DNA from: Isurus oxyrinchus
Lineage: Eukaryota
Direction of reading: 5' to 3'
DNA length: 64,000 nucleotides
NCBI GenBank assembly: GCA_026770705.1
Contig: JANJGN010000004.1
Coordinates: 101,990,001 to 102,054,000, forward strand
Shown: piece after piece, positions 25,468 to 38,850 of the stretch
Layout: each line of letters begins with the position of its first letter
Position numbering within the stretch: the stretch's first letter is position 1
The notes under the pieces: model-generated
Databases searched by the model: none
What the model was told of the DNA's origin: nothing
The model's input: only the letters and a program-made list of their open reading frames with translations
Program-made: the position numbers and the translations under genes

Positions 25468-26644
25468 GGGAGTTTGAATGTATTGAATTGACATTGAAGC
25501 CCATCCGGGTGGAATAAACTAAGCTAAAACTCAAGAGCAAAAAAGAACAGGCTGGAGTCTGGAAAATGCAACACCATTTCCTTTCTCTTCGATTGACCTC
25601 TGGTAGTTTGATATTGGCTCGGAATTCAAAGTTGGTGACAAAGTGACTGAACTCAAGAAAGGCTGCCCTTAAAGTTAGACCTGGAGTTTAGGCTTTCTCT
25701 ATTCCAGTGCCAGTTTGAATTTGGTGTTTTCTATGGGTGTCCAGAGACTGCTCAAGCAATCAGGTAAAATAAATCTCACAGACCGCAAAACAGGAGTAAA
25801 AGGAAAAGCAAGTGAAAAGCAGGAAACATAAACCACATTTAAATCATTGTGCAGAAAGTGAAATAAAAATTGGGACATACAAGTGGCACTAAATTGAGAA
25901 ACTTTAAATATCAAAACACAAATGTCAATGTATTTCTTTTTTTAAAACTGCAGCTTTTAAATTTTCCTCTGAGGAAATGATGCTCCACACATGTAACAGT
26001 TATTTTTTTCAGGACCAGAGAGATCTATCATAAGTAACTGCGATTTAGTTTAAAAAAACAGCCCTGCTGATTGAGCATAGCTTTTTGCATTGATCCTTAC
26101 AGTGAAAGTAGTGGAAAATTAGTTGAAATTGACAACATGCTCTATGTCAATTACTACGTCAATGCTACCTGCGAAAACTCTAAAAGTATGCCCTGTGAAG
26201 CTCTGACAGCACCTTCTAGATCTACACATTTAATTATGCATGCACGGATAACAGAAATTACAATTGGTTTAATCCATTAGTAAGGGCAAATGCAGACAAT
26301 CTCACTGGTATTATTATTACAAGTTCTAGACCCATATCTTTAAAGTGCCATAACCACACAGCCGCTACATTTAAGAAGTGCAATGACAGATTTATGTTGA
26401 ACTCAGTGTAAATTTACTCACATCAATGGTTCCTGGGGGAGCAGTGATTGCTGGTTTCTCTACTGCTAAGTACTGTAAGATGATAAAGTTTGCCTTTCCC
26501 AGGAAATGTAGAGACCATCATTGCATCAGCAGCTATCTTCAAAGATGGTCCATTGGTGCTGAATGAACTCATCTTTCTTTTTCCTAGCTGACAAGCTCAG
26601 ATTGTTAGCATAGGCCTTTCCTCCAGCTTTGTTTTTATACATGA

Positions 26645-27530
26645 GCCCATAACTTCCGAGCTCCCCGGTATCAGATTTGGGGGGTACCCCAAAGATGCAC
26701 TCAGGAATCCCTCTGGGAAGTTTCCAGGTAAGGGTTTGCACGGCAATTGCCCAGGAGTGCTAACTTCCTCTGGACAATTGTGCTCTGCTGGGAACCATCT
26801 GAAAATGTAGCTTAAATGAGTAACTTCGGATGGTTCCGCTGGGACTATACCAATAGTTATCCAGACAAAGTTAGAAGGGTTATAATGTAAGGACCCAGAC
26901 CGACCAACCCCCCCCCCCCAGACCTCTGATGGAAATCCCCACAACCTCCGATACCCCTCACACCCCCTGAGCTCTAAATTCCTAGCACCCCCACCCCCAA
27001 CACCCCACAGGCTGCAACCTCCAACATCCCCCAACCCCCTGACCTCCCACACACACCAACGCTGACCTCCGACAACACCACCGATCTCCAACACTCCCCA
27101 AACCCCACCCCCCGGCCTCCGACACGTCCCCCCAAACCTCCGAACCACCCCCTCCAGACATCTGACCAACAACACCCAGCCACACCAGATCTCCGACCGA
27201 TGCCCCCCCACCACCCCGGGCCTCCGACTGACAACCCGCCACCTACCGGACCTTTGACCGACCACCCCCCTCCCCCACCCCCTGACCTCCAATTGACACC
27301 CCCACCTCACAAATCCTATGCACTTACCTTAGACGCCTACCTTCTCCCTGGAGCTATCATTTTCCTTGACTCTTTAAAGTTACCTGCTCGACAGCAGCAA
27401 ATGATGTTAAGAGGGCGTGGCCTCCTTGAATGCACTGGAGCTGCACTTCGCTGGGGCCTGCAAGGAGCCTTTCAATGCAGGCCCCAAACAGCTTCAGCGA
27501 GTGGAAGTGCCCACATCATTTTCAAGGCCA
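26645..27530 (+). mobile_element. Non-autonomous DNA element with internal C-rich tandem tract
   Basis: The first ~200 bp align with 38975-39200 (GGGGTAC.CC…GGAATCC…CCAGGTAA.G.TTTGCA.GGCAATTGCCCAG). CCCC(T)GACCTCC-type repeats at 26900-27310; ends TTTCAAGGCC. Confidence 0.5.
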
Positions 27531-28046
27531 TAATAGGTATTTATTTCTTCTAATTTCTGTGGGCCAGCACTTTGCATCACTAGTCAGAGGTTACGGACCA
27601 ACATTTTTCAATATTGTTTATGAAGCATAGAAGTTATTTTTGGCAATATTAGCAGACACGTCCTTAAATGTGTCATTCGTTTGCCCATGATTTTAATGTG
27701 GTGAGTAACCCATTTTCCTTAAATGGGTTAACATGTCTGCTAAGATAGTGGACAAAGAAGGGCATATGAAAATTGTTACAATCTGCGTAGGGAGTGATAA
27801 CTTTTAAAAAGAAATTTGAACTTCCAGTTAATAGCCAAATGGATGACACAGGGAAGGGTGGAATTATACGGCAGTGGAGTTTTACATTCCCGCTGAAGCC
27901 AATGGAGTTTAGAATGGCTTGCCGCATTTTACGGCCCCGTCCCCACCATAATGGGGACATAAAATTCTGGCCAAGGTTTCACATTTTAAGACATTTACTA
28001 TAACAAGGAGACTGGTGGTACTATTGACTAAACATTAATTTTGTGG

Positions 28047-29393
28047 TAAAAACAAAAACAAAAAACTGCGGATGCTGGAAATCCAAAACAAAAACAGAAT
28101 TACCTGGAAAAACTCAGCAGGTCTGGCAGCATCGCCAAAGAAGAACAGAGTTGACGTTTCGAGTCCTCATGACCCTTCAGCAGAACTGAGTGAATATTAG
28201 GAGAGGGGTGAAATATAAGCTGGTTTAAGGTTGGGGAGGGTGGGGGTGGGGGGGTTGGTGGGAGAGAAGTGGAGGGGGGTAGTGTAGTTGTAGGGACAAA
28301 CAAGCAGTGATAGGAGCAGATAATCAAAAGATGTCACAGACAGAAGAACAAAGAGGTGTTGAAGGTGGTGATATTATCTAAACGAATGTGCTAATTAAGA
28401 ATGGATGGCAGGACACTCAAGGTAGAGCTCTAGTGGGGGTGGGGTGGAAAGACTAACAGGGCATAAAAGATATAGATTTAAAAATAATGGAAATAGGTGG
28501 GAAAAGAAAAATCTATATAAATTATTGAAAAAAACAAAAGGAAGGGGGAAGAAACAGAAAGGGGTTGGGGATGGAGGAGAGAATTCACGATCTAAAGTTG
28601 TTGAATTCAATATTCAGTCCGGAAGGCTGTAAACTGCCTAGTCGGAAGATGAGGTGCTGTTCCTCCAGTTTGCGTTGGGCTTCACTGGAACAATGCAGCA
28701 AGCCAAGGACAGACATGTGGGCAAGAGAGCAGGGTGGAGTGTTAAAATGGCAAGCGACAGGGAGGTTTGGGTCTTTCTTGCGGACAGACCGCAGGTGTTC
28801 TGCAAAGTGGTCGGCCAGTTTACGTTTGATCTCTCCAATGTAGAGGAGACCACATTGGGAGCAACGAATGCAGTAGACTAAGTTGGGGGAAATACAAGTG
28901 AAATGCTGCTTCGCTTGAAAGGAGTGTTTGGGCCCTTGGATGGTGAGAAGAGAGGAAGTAAAGGGGCAGGTACTGCATCTTCTGCATTTGCATGGGGAGG
29001 TGTCGTGGGAGGAGAAGTAGGTGGTGTTGGAGGACTGGATCAGGGTGTTCCAGAGGGAATGATCCCTACGGAATGCCGCCGGGGGGGGGTGAAGGGAAGA
29101 TGTGTTTGGTGGTGACATCATGCTGGAGTTGGCGGAAATGGTGGAGGATGATCCTTTGAATGCGGACGCTGGTGGGGTGATAAGTGAGGACAAGGGGGAC
29201 CCTATCATGTTTCTGGGAGGGAGGAGAAGGTGTGAGGGCGGATGCGCGGGAGATGGGCTGGACACGGTTGAGGGCCCTGTCAACGACCGTGGGTGGAAAA
29301 CCTCGGTTATGGAAGAAGGAGGACATGTCAGAGGAACTGTTTTTGAAGGTAGCATCATCAGAACAGACATGACGGAGATGAAGGAACTGAGAT
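28047..29393 (-). mobile_element. Penelope-like (Neptune-type) retroelement, 5'-truncated, young
   Basis: 13-bp TSD ATTAATTTTGTGG (28034-28046 / 29394-29406). ORF remnant with Zn linker CKCRRCSTC and NLVYCIRCSQCGLLYIGE…RFAEH-like GIY-YIG; frameshift at the G-run near 29085. Confidence 0.9.
28149..28187 (-). ncRNA. Hammerhead-like ribozyme, variant core CUGCUGA
   Basis: Reverse complement: AGTT-CTGCTGA-A-GGGTC-ATGAG-GACTC-GAAACGTC-AACT. Confidence 0.65.
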
Positions 29394-29779
29394 ATTAATT
29401 TTGTGGACAGCTTATACTTTAATCTGCATCACAGAATTTTTAGCACAACTGAGAAACCCTGCCATCAAATATCCTGTACACTGTCCTGCAAATATGCATT
29501 CAATTCTGTCAGAATCAGTCCAAACATGTTTCTTAGCTCTTAAGGATTTACTGATGTTTCTTTTCTTTCTTGGCAAATTTTAACTCCAGAACTGTCTTTC
29601 ATGGTGTGAGTTTTCCAAGAGACTTCTGCCTCTAACTAAAGGTGGGCAAATTTTACAGCCTCATTTTATTTCCCCATGAATTTGGTCTTTCCAATCCAAA
29701 CGCGGTGAACCAGAGTGACTTCCTGCCTATAGCTGTTCTTTCTCTACTGGACACTGGCAGACAGAGATTACTGTGATAT

Positions 29780-30150
29780 TCATTGATATTTTAGGAAAGC
29801 CTATAACCCAATATCAAAGTGGCTTCCTCCGTAGCTTTCTTATCTTAAAGCCCATTACTATCGGAACATGAATTTCATGGGCCTTGTATTCAGGCAGAAA
29901 TTCTGGATAGCTATCCTTAAAACCTCAACTCTCTTTTATTGTGGCAGTAAATGGACCACTTAAAGCAGGAGTGTCTACAACCCAACATGCTCAATGCTTT
30001 TCTGAGATTTTGGAGACTCACTGTCAATCCACTGTTAGCATATAGGTTGCTGCCATTGTCTCTAAGTGTAAACACCTTGTACCTTCTTCCCAGTAAAACA
30101 ATCTGGGCCCTCTTTAATCTCCAACAATTAAACCACCCAGGCTTGATGCC
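29780..30150 (-). mobile_element. Probable Gypsy gag-like remnant; paralog of 56405-56755
   Basis: Clear nucleotide similarity to 56405-56755. Minus strand gives GPDCF…HLETMAATY…LQNLRKAL, loosely like Gypsy gag F-E-x-x-A…L-x-G-K-A; assignment tentative. Confidence 0.35.
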
Positions 30151-30789
30151 AGCCAGACTTCAGAATGGGTCATATGACACCTTTCATTTTTCCCTAAACT
30201 GAAAACACAATTCTTAAGCATAACAATCTTATAAACCTCACAATTATAACAACTTGTTAAACAGTTGTTTGGTAATACTGCTGACAATAATCTCCAGGCA
30301 GATGTGTTCATTTTTATGACACGTTTAGTGTATAGAGAAAAACTGATTGTTGTAAATTTGAATCTAAGCGGGGAACTTTGTCTAAACAGACCCAATTACA
30401 GAGGCTGATAGGCCAGTAGCAGGTCTGGAACCCAATTGTAAATGAAGCAAATATTGCCATGATCCTTTAAGTCAGCTGTAGCATTAGCATCCTGCTTTTA
30501 TGTTACCCAACCAATCAGAGGGGCCGTGAGGGATGACACACCAAATCTGTCAAAGGTAGGATTTTTAGACAGAGGGACCATGGCAAGTGTTAGAATAACT
30601 AAACTATAAATTGATTTTTGAGGCTACAGAAAGCACAGGAATGGAGAGAAGCCCTGGAAAGGCGCCCCCACCCCACCCCCCCATCCCCCCCAACCACTTA
30701 ACCCCTGCCCCCGGACAGTTAGCTGGAGGTCCTGCTGTGAGAACTGAGGGTCTGAAATGAAGTGATATTTGTCAAGGATGGGAGGAAGA

Positions 30790-31300
30790 GACTAGCCTAT
30801 AAAACCAAGCAGGTGTGCCTGAAAGCAGCTGAGGAAGTGAGCAACACAAGTGTGGCTCCTCGAAACTGGAGACAGTGACCCAAGAGCCTCAAGGGCCCCA
30901 GGGGGGAGCAGGAAAAGTGAGTGGCATAACTCAATCAGGTGACAAACCCACACTCTGGCTTTCCCAGAATGCTCCTGTACAACACATCTTGACCAACACC
31001 CCTTGGAGCTCCACTCATTCACTTCGCTCCAGGTGCCACCTCACATCCCCATCTGAGCACCCAATACTCTGACTCACCCTCACCTTTGTGCCATATCACA
31101 CCCATGCCTCACAGCCACACTGCACAAATGTTGTCCTGCCCTCCTCTCCACAGAATCTATTTCTCGCCATCATAACTCTCTGCTTACTCTCCCTACAGGC
31201 AAAGAGAGCACAGATCTCCGGGGAGAGGTGGGGAACCGAGGTTGTCGGGGCGATGCAGAGTGGGGAGGTGCCTCCAGTGACAGTCAAAGGTGCACTGGGA
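30790..31300 (+). pseudogene. Harbinger Myb/SANT gene remnant (2 exons)
   Basis: TKQVCLKAAEEVSNTSVAPRNWRQ*PK, then a GTGAGT donor (~30917), a CCCTACAG acceptor (~31198) and AKRAQISGER, the same exon layout as 17049-19200. Confidence 0.55.
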
Positions 31301-31429
31301 AGGAGGTCTTATTCCAGGAAGCTTAAGATATCAGCAGTGGCCTGACCTGAAAATCCTAAGCCTCGTGAGGCACTGGCGCTCATACATGTCGGGAGAGAAT
31401 GTTTTTGGTGGTAGGAGTATTGGTAACCA

Positions 31430-31690
31430 GAGGACAGATATTTAAAATAATGGGGGAAAAATCCAAAGGAGAAATGAGAACCTTTTAATGAAGCAAATTG
31501 TTATGATCGGGAATGTACTACCTGAAAGGCTGGTGGAAGTAAGTTCAGTCGTAACTTTTGAAAGGAAATTGGATACATGATTGAAAAGGAGATACTTGCA
31601 ATGCTATAGGGAAAGACAACAGTGTGGAACGAATTGGATAATTCTTTGAAAGAGCTGGCACAGGCTTAGAGTGACAACCTTCCATGATGG
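31430..31690 (+). mobile_element. CR1 3' end fragment
   Basis: AGAGGACAGATATTTAAAATAAT…CCTGAAAGG.TGGTGGAAG…GAATTGGATA…GAGCTGGCACAG, as in the other CR1 tails. Confidence 0.6.
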
Positions 31691-31701
31691 TAGAATCTCC
31701 A

Positions 31702-32250
31702 GGCTGAATTTTCCCAAAGGGCTGGATGTCCCAGGGCAAGGTGCAAAAGTGGGAGCCAACTGCATTCCAGCGGACAGTGGGAGCCCAGGGTTGCATTTCG
31801 CCACAGGCGGCCAATTAATATTCCACTGCCGGGGCCACCATCCAATTGAGGACAGCAGCCATTCTGCCTCCTCGAGCTATGGGCCCAATGTTGAGATAAC
31901 TTTGAAAAAATTTGAAGAAAGCTTCTTTAGGAAAGCCAGGGACAGGCAGACAGGCCACAATGACTGGGAGGTGGCTGGAGAAGAGGGTGTTGTCATGGCG
32001 GTGGTGCCATGGGCATGAGGACAACCATTGCCGCTGGGGGCCACTCCATATGCCAGGGAGTGCCTGTAAAGGAGAAGCCCCCAAACAACCCATTGGGAGG
32101 CCATCAGTGATTAATTAGCAGCCTCCCCACACAGCAGCAGGTCCATCAGATCCAGGCAAAATGCACACAGGGGTGAGAAGTGACCCTTAATTGGTCCATT
32201 AAGTGGTGCCATTGGATGCCCAGCAGGTGGTCCCACGGGCAATATTGCCA
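31702..32250. mobile_element. Decayed Harbinger-type MITE
   Basis: Starts GGCTGAATTTTCC; GC-rich body with TTAATT motifs like the other Harbinger ends. Confidence 0.4.
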
Positions 32251-33676
32251 TGCTGTGAAGGAATGCTGCAATTAATACAAAGTTATAAGAAAATCCAGGT
32301 ATAAATAAAGAGTTATAAGATTAAAAAAGAGCAGTTATTCCATGAAGTAGGGATTATTAATTAAAAACAAAGTTCAGCTGCTGGACAAAGGTTTAAAAGT
32401 TTATAAACACGTCTCGGCATCATTGTATGTTCAAAGACAACAACATTCTCTGACACAAGACAATTCTGAAGAAAACAGGAACTAGTCTTTATATCACCTC
32501 AGCAAGGCATTAGTACATTGTAAGATGATACAGTCTGATAGACAACCTTAAGGTTGACCCTAAATAACTTGTTAACTGGAAACTGGATGTTACAAGGAAG
32601 TGACCACTGTGTGCACCTCTCAATAACCTGTTTGATTGAAAGATGTTGACTAAAAATGAAGGATGTTGATGTAAAACAGAGGATGTTGTCCAGCATCTAT
32701 GCTCAACATACTTCCTGCTGGTTTAGCTGTTTTAGGGTATAAATATTGCAGCTACACAGGAGGAGTCTTAGATTTTTTGGATTCATTCTAGTGTCTCTCA
32801 AGGTAAAGGTGTGCTGCTGTAGTTTAGAGATGATAGTTCTTCCCCTAATTGAGATAGAGGTATCTTTCTAGACTTGGTAGCTTTCTACTCAGGGATTTCA
32901 AGCAAATACTACTTTAAATATGGATGGATATCTTAAATGTCTCTCTGTAACATTAATAAGGCCTGGATTCTCTATTGGAAACAAGATTACTTCTTTTCTT
33001 AGAACTGGCAATGTTGCAATTGATTTATCATCAAAGGTCAATTACATCTTTAGCTCTTTAATAAACTCTTATAAAATTTATAAAATACATTGTCTCATAG
33101 AGACTTGTATATCCAACCTCAAAAATCCATCTCCATACACTCTTCAGTGGAGAGGTACATTGTTAATGAGAGATGCCCAGGCCCTTATAATATCTGTGTT
33201 GTTATAATCTAGCTGAAACTTGTTAAAAAAGGCTATCTGGAGGACAGTAATATTCGCTGGTGGTTTCTTTCCTTCAGTAAATGTTGGTTCAGTTCATCAG
33301 ACTCATTTAAGTGTCTATGAGGCCTATCTTTCTCAACCTTAGGTGAGAGTGATTATCTGAGGAGAACACCTGATCCAGATTAGTCCCAAAAGAAAGTTGG
33401 ATTATAATCTACTTCAATGCCAGTGGAAAGACATAAGACTCCCCTTCTCACATTTACCCCCACATTTTGCCAACTCTCTTGCCTCCCAGACCATCTTCAG
33501 TGGGCCAGGAAAATTCAGCCCTATGATTCAAAACATTATCCCCTATCCTCCGGCTGTGTGAGGACAACTTGCTTCTTTCCAAACATCACCAACAGTTTAA
33601 GAAAAATATTAAATAACAAAACCATTGGTCTGATATGAATAGCTAGAGTGATACAATTTATAATTAAAATTCACTG

Positions 33677-34520
33677 TGTTATGATGGCTGGATGTTATAA
33701 GACGTTATAATGTTTTAGACTGCCTCTTTAAAATAGAACTCCCTGCAATGGGGTGGCGGGGGGAGGTGAGGACTGCTGGTGGTGATGTAAAGTTGCACTT
33801 AGCTTTCCCGACAATAGGCCCATGTGATTTGGTTGCCTTGGAGGCAGCGGGTCTAGGTCAAAACTTATTCAAAGTCAGGTGCAAGCTTTGATGGCTGGAC
33901 AATGGAGGAGGCAGATGACTTTACCACTACAGACTCTGAGAGTCTCAAGGCCAGTTAGAAAGAAGGAGCTGGGAAGGAAGAGGGAACGCACCAGGATTGC
34001 TGTTATGCCAAGCAGAAGAAAATAACTGCTTTTGGATTAACCACCAAGCAAGTATTAGTGAGGACAGAATCCACTTTCAAGGATTGTGAGAAGTTAGGGA
34101 CCACAGAATCACCAAGGGGAACATTGCTACAGGGAGTGCATTTGTTTATGCTCAAAGGGTTGAGAGAAGAGGACTTTGTTTAAAAAGGCACTGAAAGATT
34201 AACATTGGTGAAGCAGGAGAAGGGATCCTGTTGATGCTGGGAGGAGTTGAACTTTAAACTTAGAACTATATGACCATAGAGAGGGGAATATAATGTCTAA
34301 TCGTGGAGTGAGGTTTTCAGTCATGTTATAAAGTTAATAAGGAATACCTGTTCTGTAATTTACACATTTGTTGCCTACTCAAAAATGTTTAGTCAAAATT
34401 TATTTTAGTTAGTTACAGTAAAATCTTTAAAGATGAAACATTGTCTTGCAATCCTTTGGGCTAGTCATGGGGAAAAACACCTCTCTTTTTAGATTTATTG
34501 ATCTCTACGGGAATAGTAAC
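33677..34520 (+). mobile_element. Solo LTR
   Basis: TGTTATGA…GTAAC(A) termini with a near-TSD CACTG/CACTT. Confidence 0.6.
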
Positions 34521-34639
34521 CACTTTCAATTGCATTTCATTAATTTAGATAATGTTTGCCACTCAGCCAGTGCCATACGTAACTAATACTTATCTGCCCA
34601 TGTGCTGCAGCTAAGTTTTGAGATTGTAAAGGCTTTAGT

Positions 34640-35030
34640 TGCTCACTGTAGAATGAGTCATAAAGGCCAGGGTGGTCTTGGGTTCCATATCCTGTGTAAT
34701 GTTAACTGATTTCATTCACCACAGCACTGTGGGAGTGCAAGAACTATAATTAGTCTCAGTACCTTTGCTCATAGAGCGGGTGGGGCTGGAGGGCAGAAAG
34801 AGGGGAATCAGCAAGATTCCTGCTTCTGATTATTATTCACGGAGCAATGCCATTCTATAAAATGACCATATTCGCCCAAGTCGGGCGAAGACAGGGTTGA
34901 GTTGCACTCTGTTCCAGCCCAGGTTGAATAATTGACGGACACATGCTGAGAAATTGCAACTTGGGTGAGATACCAAAGAGCTACTGGCGCTTGTGGAATG
35001 TGTCCCAATGAAAGGCTGTGCCTTCAGTTG
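34640..35030 (+). mobile_element. Old SINE-like repeat (possibly DeuSINE-related)
   Basis: Decayed B-box-like GGGTTCCATATCC; body loosely similar to 3540-3885. Confidence 0.3.
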
Positions 35031-35689
35031 AGAAAAGAAGTGCACTAACCTATTTACCAGTACTTAAGAGACAGACTTCAATAAAATAAATCAAAACTTG
35101 AGAAGCGCTCTGGGTCTCCCGATGTGGTCATATTAAAACCATAAATCTTCAATATACTTCATTGACTGTGACACAGAGGCGGGGGACAGTAGTTACAGAA
35201 AAAATACACAGTTTCCCTGCTGCCTTCTTGTTAACCATCAATTTGAATGATTTGCTCTTTTTATTATTAGACAAGTGAAATTACATCATCTTTCAACCAG
35301 CTATTGCCACATTCTCAGAAGTGTTTTTTTAAATAATGTAAACCAGAGTAATGAAGTTGGCTATTTCACTGCAGAATGACCAATTATAATATTTCATCAT
35401 TATTCTTGCGCAGGAGTGATGTTAACCCTCATTTTAAACACAGTCCTTCCTCTTCCACAACATCAGTTATGTTGGATTTATTAAAAGCCTGCTGACAAAG
35501 GTTCTCCCTAATGAAACCATGGCTTTTGAATGGTGCATAATTACAGAGAAGAGGGAGAGTGAAAGAAAATTAACTAAATGGAATGTAAAAGAGAAAGGGA
35601 AAGTGGTGGGTGTTTCACATGAAGCTCATTACTCTAATAAAAAGAAAAACAAACTGAATAAGTATTGGTAAATATTTGGTACAGTTCCA

Positions 35690-37295
35690 CATAATAGACT
35701 TATTAGTAAAATAAAAGCCCACAGGATTGAAGGGACAATGGTAGCCTGCATATTAAATTGGCTAAAGGACAAAAAACAGCGAGTGGTTGTGAAAGGTCAT
35801 TTTCAGATTGGAGAGAAGTTATTTTTTATTCTTTCACAGATGTGGCAAGGCCAGCATTTATTGCTCCACCCTAATTGCCCTTGAGAAGGTGGTGGTGAGT
35901 CACCTTCTTGAACTGCTGCAGTTCATCTGGTGTAGGTACACCCACAGTGCTATTAGGAAGAGTGCTCAAGCATTTTGACCCAGCAATAGTGAAGGAACTT
36001 CCAAGTGAGGGTAGGTGATGGTGGAGGGGAGCTTGCAGTGAAGGTGCTCCCATACACCTTGGCATGATTCTTTGCTTTATTAATAGTGAATATAGTTGAA
36101 AAGCAAAGAAGTTACGATGAGCCCTTATAAATCACTAGTATCATGCCCGGTGAAAGCATGTCCTACTTATAATCCTACTCATAACTTCAAACATGGACTG
36201 TGTTTGTAAGGAAGCTTGTGGAATTTTCTTTTACTTTTGAAAAAATAGAACTGTTGGCTGCAAAAGATGGTGGCCGAGGGAGTCACCTGATTCAGTCCGT
36301 GGATTCCATGAAACACTGCCGTACATCTCAACAGGACAAAGGGACATTCCAGAATAAAGAGGAGTGGATACCCATATCCTGAAATCATCCTAACTACCTT
36401 CCTAACTTGAATGGGCGAGAACAAGATGATGAATGTCTCAAACCCTCCCCACAGGAGGGAAGTTTGCAAACATAAAGGCCCAGGTTGTAGCTAATGATAT
36501 GAAATCCAACAACATATTTGGAAAAGAGCTGTGAAGGACCACAGGGAAGGCAGCCATGTTGGCCATCCTTTTTAAAAAAATGGCTTTTAGGGCTGTCTGG
36601 AGAGAATACTGCAAGCCACAGCAGCTGCAGAAACGATAACGTCATCTTCCCCTTTTAGAGCAAGAGGTTGTAAAATCTAAAAAGCCTCCCTGGCTGATTC
36701 CTAAATCTAAGCCCACCTTAGAAGAGATTGGACTAACTTTGATACCTGCTGAACATTCATCTTTTTGAGGGGACCCTGGAAAAATCCTGATATTCAGCTC
36801 CAGTTATTTGCCCTCACATAAATTACAATTCAAGAGTGAAAAAAACTCCTTGTTTTGTCAGGCCTGCAATGAGTCAGCCATATGAACTATGAACTATTCT
36901 TTTGGTTAATAAATTGTAAAAGTATATCATCCTCTTTAATTGTATCTTTCTTCTGCTTGTGGCCATGAGTGATGCAGCATTTAGACTTTCAGGGTGAATA
37001 CGTGAATAAATAATTTTCTTTATTTAAACCCATGAAAGCTTGCTGACGTTATTTTTGTTGACCACATACTCCACCAGGTAAGACACATACATTTTCATAT
37101 CCAAACCACACCGATTATGGGCAATAAGGGAAAAGGTTCAAGGTTTCAGTTCTCTCCTGGCCCTGGCCCTGTCCCTAATGCTAGCTATATCTCAGCTAGA
37201 ATAGTGTGTCCAATTATAGCTGTGAATTTTAAGAAGGATGTCAAGCCAGTGCAGAGGAGATTTACCCAAATGGTACATGGATGAGGGGCTTCAAG
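35690..37295 (+). mobile_element. CR1 RT fragments interrupted by a LINE 3' piece (35820-36065, -) and a solo LTR
   Basis: VPHNRLISKIKAHRI…WLKDKKQRVVV and LYKSL…QLE.CVQ; the CR1 frame resumes after 37181. Confidence 0.55.
36139..37180 (+). mobile_element. Solo LTR
   Basis: Insertion into CR1 with 4-bp TSD CTAG (36135-36138 / 37181-37184); decayed TG…CA ends; AATAAA near 37005. Confidence 0.6.
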
Positions 37296-38850
37296 AGGCC
37301 TTGTCCTTCTAGATGGTAGTAATCGTGGATTTGGAAGGTGCTGTCAAAGGAGCCTTGGTGAGTTCCTGCAGTGCATCTTGTAGATGGCACACACTGCTGT
37401 CACTGTTCATCAGTATTGGAGGGAGTGAATGTCTGTGGATGGGGTGCCAATCAAGTGGGCTGCTTTGTCCTGGATGGTGTCAAGCTTGTTGAGTGTTGTG
37501 GGAGTTGTACTCATCCAGGCAAGCGGAGAGTATTCCATCACACTCCTGACTTTTGTCTTGTAGATGGTGGGCAGGCTTTGGGGAGTCAGGAGTTGAATTA
37601 CTCATCATAGGATTCCTGTCCTCTGACCTGCTCTTGCAGCCACAGAATTTATATGGCTAGTCCTGTTCAGTTTCTGGTCAATGGCAACCCCCAGGATGTT
37701 GATAGTGAGGGATTCAGTGATGGTAATGCCATTGAATGTCAAGGAATGGTCGTTTGATTCTCTCTTGCTGGAGATGGTCATTCCTGGCACTTGTGCGGTG
37801 TGAATGTTACATGCCACTTGTCAGCCCAAATCTGGATATTGTGCCTGGATATTGCCCAGGTCTTGCTGAATTTGAACATGGACTGCTTCAGTACCTGAGG
37901 AGTCACAATTGATGCTGAACATTGTGCAATCATCAGTGAACATCCCCCCTTCTTACCTTATGATGGAAGGAAGGTCATTGATGAAGCAGCTGAAGATGGT
38001 TGGGCCTAGAGCACTACCCAGAGGAACTCCTGCAATGATGTCTTGGAATGGAGATAATTGACCTCCAACAACCACAATCACCTTCATTTGTGCTAGGTAT
38101 GACTCCAACCAGCAGAGATTTTCCCCCTGATTCCCACTGACTCCTGTTTAGCGAGGGCTCCTTAATGCCATACTCAGTCAAATGCTTCCTTGTTGTCAAG
38201 GAGCAACTCTCACTTAACCTCTGAAGATCAACTCTTTACCCATGCTTGAAGCAAGGCTGTAATGAGGTCAGGAGCTGCATAAACCTGATAGAAACCAAAC
38301 TGAGCGTCAGTGAGCAGGTTATTGCTAAGCTTAATAGCAATGTTGATGACCCTTTCTATTACTTTATTGATGATCAAGAGTAGACCGATGAGGTGGTAAT
38401 TGGCCAGCTTGGACTTGTCCTGCTTTTTGTGTAGAGGACATAAGTGGGCAATTTTCTATATTTCCGGATAGGTGGTAAGTGTTGTAGCTGTACAGAAACA
38501 GCTTGGCTCGGGGCATGGCAAGTTCTAGAGCACAAGTCTTCAGAACTATTGCTGGATTATTGTCAGGGCCCATTAGCCTTTGCCTTATCCACTGCCCACA
38601 GCTGTTGTTTGACATCTTATGGAATGTATTGAACTGGCTGAAGACTGGCACTTGTGATACTGGGGACCTTCGGAGGAGGCTGAGGTGGATCATCCACTAA
38701 GCACTTCTTGCTGAGTATTTTGGCAAGTGCTTCAGCCTTATCTTTAGCACTGATGTTCTGGACTCCCTCATCATTGAGATTGAGCTGTTTAATTGACGAC
38801 TGCCGTTGACGACTGGGTGTGTCAGGACCATAGAGCTTAGATTTGAGTTG
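37296..38850 (-). mobile_element. CR1/L2-group LINE RT region
   Basis: GPDNNPAIVLKTCALELA, AGVPLGSALGPTIFSCFINDL and INILGVAIDQKLN. Confidence 0.85.

Noticed and set aside
26495-26590. Possible host exon after a TTTTCCCAG acceptor
   Set aside because: No recognisable protein motif, no clear donor site, and an early stop in the best frame.
26597-27310. 237-aa Gly/Val-rich ORF, and the Pro/Gly-rich ORFs at 39158-40055
   Set aside because: Open frames are an artefact of C-rich low-complexity tracts that lack stop codons.
32460-33240. Possible ancient LINE coding remnant
   Set aside because: No motif could be read with enough confidence to assign it.
35116-35129. 14-mer TCTCCCGATGTGGT also present near 55834
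   Set aside because: Several chance 14-mer matches are expected within 64 kb, and the flanks do not align.
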